NCBI RefSeq assembly: GCF_009834535.1 | Contig: NC_045696.1 | Location: 72,790,001 to 72,854,000, forward strand | DNA: 64,000 nucleotides | Source of the DNA: Camelus ferus | Taxonomy: Eukaryota | Direction: 5' to 3' | Shown here: in pieces, positions 26,160-37,321 of the stretch | How positions within the stretch are numbered: position 1 is the first letter of the stretch | How the letters are laid out: each line of letters opens with the position of its first letter | Notes under the pieces: generated by a model | Seen by the model: only the letters and a program-made list of their open reading frames with translations | What the model was told of the DNA's origin: nothing | The model's database searches: none | Translations under genes and position numbers: made by a program

Positions 26160-26370
26160 AACTAATATTTATTGAGCACTCACTATGAAAGATGTTTTAT
26201 CAACATTATCTTATTGAATCCTCAACCTGCTTGGGAAGTCGACACTCTCTTTATTCCCATTGGAAAGTGAGTCTCAGAGAGATTTGAGTTGCCCCAAGTT
26301 CTAAAGGTAGGAAACAGCAAAGCTAGGATTCAGACCTATTTGACATTAACGTCTGTGGCCAGAACCAGGA
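26160..26370 (-). mobile_element. MIR SINE
   Basis: 'taatatttattgagcactcactatg...ttatcttattgaatcctc...ttattcccatt...gagttgccccaagtt...gctaggattcagacc'. Confidence 0.7.
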
Positions 26371-26914
26371 GGCTGCCCGGCTTCTTGAGTGTGTGAGCTC
26401 TGGGATGGATGCAGCAGTAACCTTGGTTTCTGTTTGCAAACACTGACAGCAGCGGGATAGATCAGAAGAGGTACGCGGCCCTAAGTCGAACATCTAATAA
26501 CCACAATGAGGCTTCATCCAGCATGATCCTGCAGCAATTTGTTAGGTATGTTTCTTGGCCGAGCAGCCCCTTGTCGCCTTGTGCTTTACAGTAATTTTCC
26601 ATGGGGCTCTCCTTTGATTTAGATCATCTATTGTGACTGAGATTAACATAAAAACCATATTTAAAACAAAATTGTTTGGGGGAGTTTGTGGGCTTCTGGG
26701 TTTCCTTTTAAAGCCTCTGGGGGCCTAAACCTGCCTTTGCCAGCTGCTCAGGTGTTGTATTATAGCATCATCCCCCTTGTTCTGACACAGGTGGTGTGGA
26801 TGAGAGGGGATATGCATTCACGAGGGACCCCGAAAGCTCTTCCACTTTCAATGATCTGTTTATAAAAGCTTCTCCCAGAAAGGGCACTTCTGCTAGACTT
26901 CAGACAAAAGGATT

Positions 26915-27085
26915 CTGGGCCAGGATGCAATGACACCCCAGAAGCAATGAGAACACTAGTGCTCAGACCTTGATTTCTAATACCGCTTTCCAATAAAAGG
27001 AACCAGGGCTCCTTGGAGAAATGAATGATTCTAGGGCTGGGGCAGGAAATATCCAGGATGAACCTGGAGCATCTTGTAATGACCA
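26915..27085 (+). mobile_element. L1MC-type 3' fragment
   Basis: 'cttgatttctaataccgctttccaataaaaggaaccagggctccttggagaaatg...attctagggctggggcaggaaatatccaggatgaacctggagcatcttgta'. Confidence 0.75.
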
Positions 27086-27109
27086 ACAGTAAGGAAATGA
27101 AAGGATTTC

Positions 27110-27330
27110 AGTGCCTGACAGGCCAGAGTTTGAGTTGAAGTTACTCACTGTATGGACTTGGGAGTAAGTTCCCTAAATGCTCTTTGCTCTGATTTGCTAA
27201 TATACAAAATGGGGATAACAAAGCCTACCTCATGAGGCTGTTTTAAAAACTGAATGAGTAATGAATATAACATGCCCAGCACAGTATCTGGTTTTATAGT
27301 AAATACTCACACAATGATAGCTATTAATTA
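27110..27330 (+). mobile_element. MIR SINE
   Basis: 'aaaatggggataacaaagcctacctcatgaggctgtt...cagcacagtatctggttttatagtaaatactc'. Confidence 0.7.
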
Positions 27331-30300
27331 TTATAATACTATTACCATCCCTTTTAAAAGTGAGACACTAGATAAGAGGATGCCTAAAGTTTCTTCCAGC
27401 CTTAGGGTTTGATGGAGCAGTAGCTATAGGGATCTGCACAGTCCCTGTTGGGAGGAGGCTAAGCGAAGTGCTAGATTCTAGGAGGAACAGGGGCGTAGGG
27501 ATAGGCGTCTTCTCTCCCGAGCTCTGTATTTAATGCAGAGCTAAAGCCAGTTCGAAAAGAAAACATGAAAGTATATTCAGAGGAAATAGGAATGCTAATA
27601 GGATGTGAAATTCCTAAACACTTAGTAAGACAAATATAATCAGGTCATTTCCAAGTGAAGTCAAGTAGGTGGAAGATTATTTTTTTCCCTTGGGTACAAT
27701 TTAAACTAAAATGAGTGCTTTTTATATTTTCTCATTACTTAACAAAAATAAAGCAGCCTCAAAATATTACAGCTTTTCTGAATTCAGATGCTATAATTAA
27801 TCAATAATTTAGATGTATTTGTGTGTGTGTGTGGATATAGTTGGAAAGAACTGCTTCCTGATGTCACAGAATAGAAGAATGGAGACTTAGAGTGAAACGG
27901 TCTTCAGAGACCCCACAATGTCACCCCATGTATAAGATAAGGAAACCGAGATCCAAGTTGTGAAGTTGGTTTTTTTTTTGCACATGTAATTCCCACTCCG
28001 GAACGACATGTCTCCTCAGGCCAGAGACAAGACCAGAATGCGATCTTTAGCTCTTTTTGCTTCCTAAAGCACATCATCCCTAAACCCTAAAGCCCCCAAG
28101 TGGTATAAAATCTCCAAACAGGATGCATCATAAAATGAAGGCCTATCCATTCATAAACCTAAGTTGCAAAAAGAACATGATAAAGGTCAGAGTTAAGAAA
28201 TATCTTTGGTAGGCAGTGGTAGCAATAAATTAAAAATAATTTCAATTACAATAAAAATACATCTTCTAGTTTAATCTAACCTACTATAGTGTGATCTCCT
28301 CTAAGAAACTGTCTGGGGTGGGATGAAAGGGTTAAGTCCGTGAAGCACCTCGGGTTTTCAGCCACTAGCCGTGGTATCCTGGATAATTACTGCAGCTTAC
28401 CTGAGACCACACCTTAGATAAACCTGTAATGCTGGAGTTTTCTGCAAACATTTTCTTTCCTGCAAGCTGTGGCTTGTCTCTTTCATATATTTGTCCTATG
28501 TTTTCAACTTGATTTTCCAGTGGCTAGTTTATACTTGGTTGAGCCAACAAATCAGGGTCTGTTGATTTAGCTTCATATCTTCTTGGTGTTTGCGTGAGAC
28601 AACCATGCCAGCTATGTGGTAATGAACACAGTGAGGCCGGATGAACTATTCTCCTATGAGGGGAAGAAAGTTTAAAAAAAAAAAAAAAAAAAAAAGAGGA
28701 GGAACTGGTTCAGGTAAAGTTTATGATTTAATTTCCCTTTTTTTATTCATTGCTTTTAAAAATAATATAGGCTTTGCCTGCAACTGAAATTTCATTCTCA
28801 TTTCATTTCTTAAAAGGGCATTTAATTTTTCTCGTTTTAAGAAGTTCTGTTTCACAGACAGAGCCCAGTACACAAACAGGACAGTCAAAGGACAGGGTAG
28901 GTGCTTGGTGTGGAAAAGCGCATCCTTCGGGAGGCCAGTTGCCTAGCACGGTGCTCTACAGAAAGCGGGATGACAGTAAGGGAGCTGTTTCTAGGTCCTG
29001 TCGATCTGTAAAGAGTACAAAGCCCAGTAGTTTGTGTTTTAGGTTTTGATGGTTACCGACTATAAGGCACTTCTTAAATCCGCATATCCCTTTAAGAAAA
29101 AAAAATTCCCAAGACATCTAGGTCAATGGGGAACATTTCTTTTCTCCTTGGTAAAGAAAAATGGTATTCCCTTCTCTCTGTCTTCCTGTACCACCACTGC
29201 CACCAGACCTACGAGAGAAAAATGCAGTGAATAGTTACAAACTAAGAAAAAAAATGTCTTTTCATAAACTTTCAGAGTCCTTTGAGGTTAGCCAGAGTGG
29301 TAGTATTATTTCTTAGTTTTGCATGAAAATAAAAAATTAGGGCAAAGATACCGGCATTTGAAGTGACATGCTCAAAGTCCTGAGTGAAGCTAACAGTGGT
29401 AGCTGGATTACCACCCAGGCCAACTGCTCTTCAAATGCCCTCCAGCCACTTTTTGGGTAATCGTCAATGTCAACATCACCCAGCACCACTTCTCACACAC
29501 GCATTAGTGGAATTACTTTAACCAAATAGTTTGATCACTATCTTGCTTGCTGAGAAGGCAGTATTTGGGAAATACAAATTTGAGGGGAGGTGGGGGGTGC
29601 TGGGATGGAAGGAGGATTACTTTTGAACCAGAAGACTTGGGGGAGGGGAACAGTAGTGGAAAGAAAATATTTATCAACTTTCTTTTTTATATTTCAAAAG
29701 TAGTAAGTGCTTAAGGCAATGAGTAATATAATCCCCAAATACAGAGTTTTAAAATCTTTTTAAAAAAGTTTTAAAATGAATAATATCAACCCTCTTCCTC
29801 CCAGACAGCCTGGTGCGTATTTTGGAGGTCTTTTTAAAAGCCACGAAAGAAATGTAAAGAGCATGGTGGAAGTGGAGAATGTGAGGCAGGAAGAAAAGAA
29901 TTAAGGTCCCAGAAAAGGGGTGGGAGAGCCATGCCTACCAACTGGCCTCAGCCATAACTAGGACACTGAATTCGCTGGAAGGGTGTGGTTTCAGTCTCCC
30001 TGAGGTCAGCCTCTTTGCCCCACTTGTCTTGGTTTAGGCTCATGAAATACATTCTCTCCGTTTGAGCCCATCATCTCCTCGTTGAATCTGCTCTCCCACC
30101 CCAGTTCACACCCCCATTCCCCACGCACTCGTCTATTACTGCCCCAGATCAATCCATGAGGACAGAAAACCAGAACCTATCAGTGACAGAGGATGGTCCT
30201 CTGCTGCTATTCTCTGAAGAGGGGCTGTTGGGGGCATCTGGCTTCCGAAGACCTTGACATATGGGTTCTGGAATTTCAGGGTTTGCTGTTTCCTGAAATC

Positions 30301-32328
30301 AGAATGGCCACAGGAGTTGGGTAGATGGCTGCTCACTGAGTTTGCAGACCAACTGCCTCTGGAGATGTTTTAGGTCCTAATGGGACCTAGCACTTTGTCA
30401 CTGATGCTAAGTCCTAAAAGTCAGCTTGAAGTTGTTGGTCACTGAAGTTCACTTTTGGAGAAGTTAATGGCAGTCTAGGACCTGGGCCAGTTTCAGGCTG
30501 GGCAGCTATATTCCTACCTCCTCGCCCCTATGCACACACAAATTTGAATGATATTCCTCTCCAGTGAAGCTTCTGCATACAAATCCATCCAGAGGGAGAG
30601 CTGCCCTCTTGTAAAACACCGCCTCATAGTTCAGCCAATCTGTTTGTCTTGGGCAACTACTGGAAGCTATGCTTCTGAAAGAGCAGGTTAGTCAAGAATT
30701 GAGTCAGGGCAATGAAGTGACTTGTGAACTGATGACAATATCCTGAGAAACCCTTAAGCCTGGAGGGAAGTTGCCAGCTAACACTGATGTTGACTTTTGG
30801 GGGACCCAAATAATGACATGCCCCCAGAACGTCCCTCTTCTGTCCGTTACACTCTCACTGGCATATAGTTGGTCCCAGAACTATGGCAAGCCAGTACCCT
30901 TTGAGAAGTGCTGTGCTGGACTGCCTCTACAGAGTAAATCTGAGTATGGGGAGGGTGATCATTCCACAGAGATCCAAACAGGTCCAGGGAAATGCGCATC
31001 ACACACACACAAGCACAACGGAAGAGCTACGGAAGCTGCGGCTGACACGGTCTTCCTCTTCTCCCTCTCTTTGTTCTGAGTGAAATCTGGAGGCTTGTTT
31101 TAACCATGTTATAACTGCTTTTATTTATTTAGTGTTTCCTGGGTGCCAGACTCTGTGCCTGGCATTTTACAGACATTATCTCATTTAATTCCATCCACCT
31201 GGATAAAAAGTTCACAATTCATCCATGAAGTCAAGAATGGGTTCATTAGACTCCAGCTTTGCAAATTTGGGTAAATGCTTTCCAAGAATTAAACCACTCT
31301 TCTGATTTTAAAATGGGTTGTTTATGCCAGCCATGACTCTGACTAGAAACCTGAGTACTGGTGTGAACAGCACACTGACTTCCTTGACAAGTGTTAGACT
31401 ATTGAAAACCTAGGCCTTTCCTACTCTCCCAAAGTCTGCCTGGAAGAACAAAGTTTATGGTGAGTACAGGGATCCAGTACAAGAAGGCAAGCAGGTCAAA
31501 GTGTAAAAAGAACACAATGATCTGTTACTGTATTTTTTAAAATAATGATAATAATTAGAATTATTAATCTCTTAAAGGCTGAGGTGAGCTAAAAAAAAAA
31601 AACATTAGACATAACCATTTTCATCACAGAGTGATGCATCAAAAGCAACCAAAGCTATTATCTTCTGAAAACATTGCAAATGCCTAAAAATACTTATAAA
31701 CAACAGATGGCTCCCATGTAGACAGTAATTTGTTTTTGACATTTTCATTTCATATAAGAGTGCAATGCCATTTTTCAAACTAACTTTTGGGTGTTTGTCA
31801 CATCAAGTAGGATATTGGGACCCATGATGGTGGGCATCTCCATAATGGGTACCAGAGTCTTCTGCCCTCAGAAGTAATCTCTTAAACCCACTTCCTTCCT
31901 TCTTGAACTCACCAGCCAACAAGGGGCAACCTGGATAGTGCCCACATTCATGATTGTTAAGGTACCTTCAAAATGGCATTCTAACCTGACCCTCAACCCT
32001 GCCCTGCAGTATGTAAGTAAGTTGAACTTGCTAAAGATCTGTACTTCTCAGCCTGCTGTGGTCAACGCTTGTTTTTAGCAGCGTCTGCAATCCAAACTCT
32101 CAAAAACTTGAATTGGCCTCTTGCCTTTCCTCTGAATCCAAATGTGTGGAGTTTTACCATAAAACTGAAATGAGGAAAGCAGAACTCAACCTGGAATAGA
32201 ATATTGTCAGTTCTGTTAGGCAGAGAATTATGATTTCCAGGGATGTTAAGTAGATGTAACTAAAATGGCATTTGGTGGAGAGTGATTAAAAAACAGGGTG
32301 GGAGAGTTGAAAAAGGGGGTCCAAAAAA

Positions 32329-32500
32329 GCGGTCTGGGCCAGGGGATGCGCCCGGGTGCCCCCTTCGCGGGCCTCGGCCTGCCGCTCGCGTCCTGGGGTG
32401 GGGCTGTGCGCATGCGCGGGGTGGGCTTGAAGGAAGACGTCTGCGCCCCCGCGATCCGCAGGTGACAAAGTCAACACCCTGGCTGCCAGCATGTGCGGCC
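32329..32500. promoter_or_regulatory. Short CpG-rich promoter/enhancer-like element with NRF1-type site and flanking KLF/SP boxes
   Basis: About 17 CpGs between 32330 and 32460 (manual count) in an otherwise CpG-depleted window; TGCGCATGCGCG at 32407-32418; GGGGTGGG on both sides. Confidence 0.65.
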
Positions 32501-33149
32501 TGAAATGGACCAACTTTTCACCACACACACACACACACATGAGGATACCATTCCTGTTCAAATATTTATTCGGGCTTGTGTTCCGAAAAGACTTATTCCC
32601 CCCTTAGGTATTGTGGGCATTTCCCCATTCCTTTCTCTGTCTTTTTAAGGTTATGCGAGGATTTCCTTGTCATTTGTTCCAACAGGGTCTGATGTTTTTC
32701 TTCATTCAAATTGTAGCTGGAGCCTGAAAATGGTGAATTCAGGGACACATAGATTAAAAGTTGTAAAAGTTTAAATCGTGAAGCACACCGAAGTCACAGT
32801 CATGTCCTCAGCTCGCCATTCTGAAAACTTACCTTTAAAACAAAAACAAAAACACAAGAATAAAATACCCAGTGAGGTTTTACATCATTGAATTCTCAAC
32901 AGAAGAATCATTTGGGGTAAAACTTTCTTCCTTAAGAGTAAATTCTTTAAAATCAAATTAACTTTCAATATGAGTGTTGTGACTCAAGGCCTGAAAAAGC
33001 TATAGGTACATTATAGTTGTGGAAATTATTCAAGAATGATCTGTTGTCAGAAACACAGAAATGATGCAAACCTGAGCTTTTAGATAATCTACAATGGCCT
33101 TTTGACAGGGTTGTCTGCTGGATTCTACTGGCCAAAAAGGATAAATAAA

Positions 33150-33362
33150 ATGTTGTGTAGTGCCTACCACATCCAGGCACTCTCTCATAAACATTGGTCA
33201 TTTAATTCTTACAGTAGGTCTATGAGAAAGGTATTATTCCCATTTTATAAATGAAAATACTGAGGTCGAATGATTTGTCACAATTGCACTGCCAAGGAAG
33301 TACCAGTGTGAGGATATAAAATCAGGTTTCCTGACTCAAAATTTGGCATTCTTTACACCGTG
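33150..33362 (-). mobile_element. MIR SINE
   Basis: 'gtgcctaccacatccaggcact...catttaattcttacagt...gtattattcccattttataaatgaaaatactgagg'. Confidence 0.8.
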
Positions 33363-33399
33363 ACATCTCTTAAGTATGGATACTAAGTATTCAATGATT

Positions 33400-33565
33400 A
33401 TTGTTTGTTTGTTTGTTTTGGGTTTTTTTTTTTTTTTGGTTGGGGGAGGTAGTTAGGTTTATTTATTTACTCATTTATTTTAATGTAGGTACTGGGGATT
33501 GAACCTAGGACCTCATGCACGCTAAGCACATACTCTACCACTGAGCTACATACACCCTCCCCACC
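33400..33565 (-). mobile_element. tRNA-Ala-derived SINE (camelid vic-1 type)
   Basis: Reverse complement of the SINE head: 'ggtactggggattgaacctaggacctcatgcacgctaagcacatactctaccactgagctaca'; T-rich tail; TSD attcaatgatt (33389-33399 / 33566-33576). Confidence 0.9.
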
Positions 33566-36021
33566 ATTCAATGATTGTTTTTGAAATGAGAATTAATTCA
33601 AATTTGCGCTTTCTCAAATCCCACTCCAAATAAAAGCTCTAAGGATGAAATTGCAATATAGAGGAAGTGTTTTCCCTAATAATGAAGGCTGCCCTTAGTT
33701 TTTTTTTTTTTTTAAATAAAAAGGCATATACATATAAAACACAGAAACAGAATCAAAAAAATTAAAGAAACATTTGTGAATTGTCTCAAAACAAAATGGA
33801 ATTGCATATTATCTGTGAATCATTAGAATGCTAGAGGAGCTTCCCAAAATGATACCCTGATCAAAATAACACTTTAAAGTATTACCCAGACTCCGAGTCC
33901 AAAAAACTGTGGAAAGACTCTGTCTCTAGTTTTCTTTAACATGTGCCCTTGAAATAAATATGTCAGTGCTGCAAATGTGTACCAAGACATGTTGGCTTTG
34001 CAGTTATGGTTTGCTATAAAATTAAAGATAAATTCCAATGAGTTGTAGAGAAATATGACCTCATAAGTAGGTAGGTAATGATATACTCAGATGTAAAACA
34101 GTCCTCAGCAAGAGCTCAAACGCAAAGTCTGACATTTTATTCCATTGTTCTATATGTTTATTTTTAAAAATGTCTTACAGACTATTAGAGGAAGTAAATT
34201 AATATCCTTAAATATTCATTGGCTCAAAGCAGTGGCCATTTATGTACCACTAATGTGTTTGGCTTGCTTCAAACAATACAAATAAAAAGCAGAATGTTCT
34301 ACCCTGTCAGCCATAGCAATCTGCCCGCTGTCCGTGGGTGTATGTGACTGCACATGCAAAGAGTAATTGAAAATAATCGATACTTTTTAGAATTCGAGTC
34401 AAGGTAGATTCTTTGGGTTTATGGGGAAAATATGTCCAGGGAAGAAATGTCATTATGGGTACTGACAAAGCAAAATGTGGTGCCAGTGTTATGACATTTT
34501 AAACATACATTTCAGAAGGTAGTTTCAACCGTTTAAACCAAGGCTCGAGTGTAACTAATACATTCCTTGATGAGACTGATTTCCTCAGCTGTCTCTCTGC
34601 CCTGGGTCGTTACCCCTCACAGATTTCCCGGTTACGTGTGTAACAGGCTCAGTCATCTATCTGGTGAGGCAGTTGTTACATCCCACTATTCCATGGCTAA
34701 TCATGGCATAAGCAGTGAGCACTTTTCATCTTCAAAGCTCTTAACAGCAGTTAATTAATATAAACAACCCCCTTAGGAGATAAATTAATCACACTATAAC
34801 AGTTCCCATTTCATCAATTGAGAAGCTGAGGTAAAGAGCCTGTCATTGGCCCAAAGCCATTGAGAAAACAATATTTGAAGATGATGGTGGCCCTAGGAGC
34901 TCTGAGATCTCAAACTTAAATAAAATGTGTGTGTTTCCATTCGTCTCTTGTACATCATATACATCATTTAACCAATAGCTTTCTCCGAATGTCCCAGTGG
35001 GAAACAGGAGCTTGTTCTGCTATGTACACTAAGAGCATCAGCTTGATTCTCCATGGTTTCAAGGTGACAAGTCATAAAGAAGCTGAAAGTATCACCACCC
35101 TCACATTCCAGTCTTCAGGTAGAATGTTACCCTCTGTTTACCTGATCCTATCAAATCAGTCCACAGATCTCTATTGCCAAATCTATGTGGTGCTAAGTGC
35201 CTTGTCTCAGAAATCAAATGAAAATGAATGTCAAACCAATTGATCATCTGCCCACGCCACCAAATGCCTGCAGGTGAAAGGAATTTAGACTGACTTAGCT
35301 GAATCCCTAAGTGTATCGACGTTTAGAGTTTGGAACAAATCACACTGGATAATTTTCAACACGTAATATATAGCTAATTCAATACGTTCTCTGTCTAACT
35401 TAAACGCACAGCATGGGGCTAGTAAGTGGGGCACCTAAGCTGTACCCTTCCTTAGTGTACACTGACTCACAAATGAACTTGTCACTTTTAATTTCTTCTT
35501 TTGATAAAAATCTTAAAATATCTCAAGCCGTTCTTGAGTGTATATGAAACAAAACCTAGTATATGGAAATATATTGGCAAGGCACAAAATAAATTGGGGG
35601 CATTATCATATTAAAGTTACTAGAACTCTCACCCATATTTGTCAGTTCTGACTCTTTCCAATTGTTGATCTTGCTGGAGGTGGGTGAACCCTTGCTTGTA
35701 CCAATCAGTGAATTTGTTAGCCACAATCACGGTCTTCTTCTCCCTCCTTGCTTTAGAAAAGTAGGACATAGATGATAGAGATCTCATTTTAAACAAAAAA
35801 GTGCAACATAGTCTTTTGTCAAATACTATACCCAATCTTGTTAGCACATAAAATCCTGAAACAAAATTTTTAAGAGACTAAAACATTTAAAAAAAAAATC
35901 ATCCTAAAGAAACTAGGGGAAGAGTGTATGCATTTCTGTACTATCTCTGCATCATTTCTCTAAATCTCAAATTATCCCAATATAAAATGTTTTTTAAAAG
36001 AAAAAAGCAATAAAAAATGAT

Positions 36022-36530
36022 TGTGGTAGACTGAAAAATGGCCCTCCAAAAGAGATCCACAGCCTAATCTCTGGAACTTGTAAATATTACTTTATTTGCA
36101 GAAGGGAAAAAAAGATCTTGGAAGGCATGAGTAAATTAAGGATATTGAAATGGGGAGATTATTTTGAATTATCTGAGTGGCCCCTAGATGTGATCACATG
36201 TATCCTTATAAAAAGAAGGCAGAGACAAACAGAGAGAGAATATAATATGAAGACAAAGCTGAGAGAGCTCTTCAACTGAAAATGCTGGCCTTGAAGGTTG
36301 GAGTGATACAGCCACAAGCCAAGGAATGCTGGCAGCCACCAGCAGCTGGAAGAGGTAAACATTTACCCTTAGTGTCTCCAGAGAGAGTGCAGCCCTGCTG
36401 ACATCTTGATCTCTGCTCTGTGATGCTGATTTTAACTTCTCATCTCCAGAACTGCGAGAGGATACATTCTGTTGTTCTAAACCACCAAGTTTGTTATTGT
36501 TTGTTACAGCAGCCATGGGAAACTAATACA
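36022..36530 (+). mobile_element. MaLR solo LTR (MLT1D-like)
   Basis: TG...CA ends: 'tgtggtagactgaaaaatggccctccaaaag' to 'gcagccatgggaaactaataca'; internal 'gccacaagccaaggaatgctggcagccaccagcagctgga'. Confidence 0.88.
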
Positions 36531-37219
36531 ATTGGCAGAAAATATAAAAGAGCCAATCACAGAGGAAGAAACATAAATAGTCAATTAGCATGTGAGAGAT
36601 GTTCAATGTGAGTAATAATCTTTAAAACTGTCAATTTAAAAAAGTAGTTAACTTATTTGCCTATCAGACCACAAAATTAAAGAGATTGAGAATTTTTTAA
36701 AAAGTCCCCTGGTGCAATTTTCACCCAAGACATTAAGGCACCCGATCAACTATCATTGTAGCCTGGGCAAGATCTGACAAGCTAATGCATTTCATTTTCT
36801 TCAGGAAAATATGGGTAGCTTAAAAATAAAACTCAGGGGTGAGTAAATAAGGGACATTTGACTTTAGCAACTCTTTAGTGCTTTATAAAATATTTGTATT
36901 AAGTAAAACTTTAAATACATATGAAAGTAGATAATATTCATGGTCAATCTTATTCCATTATACTTTTTGATCTCTCCCAAACTAGGTTTTTTTTTTTTAA
37001 TCTAGACATCATGTGATATTCTAGTATGTATCTCTACATAGATTCATCTCTATAGATACATATATTATATATATAATGTATTTTTATACAATGTATATTT
37101 ATATATAAATCACATATATTTGTAAATAATTCATATATATATGCATGTATTTGTTTATTCTGTTTGGTGCTTTTAATGGAATTCTCTTTTCCTTTACTTT
37201 CGTTTTTCCAGAATAAGGA

Positions 37220-37321
37220 CTTTTTTAATTGAGTTATAGTCAGTTTACAATGTTGTGTCAATTTCTGGTGTTCAGCACAATTTTTCAGTCATATATGAAT
37301 ATATATATATTCCTTTTCATA
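37220..37321 (-). mobile_element. About 100-bp 5'-truncated lineage L1 3' end with TSD
   Basis: 'ttttttaattgagttatagtcagtttacaatgttgtgtcaatttctggtgttcagcac', same family as 16147-16552; TSD cagaataagga (37209-37219) / cagaattagga (37322-37332). Confidence 0.8.
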
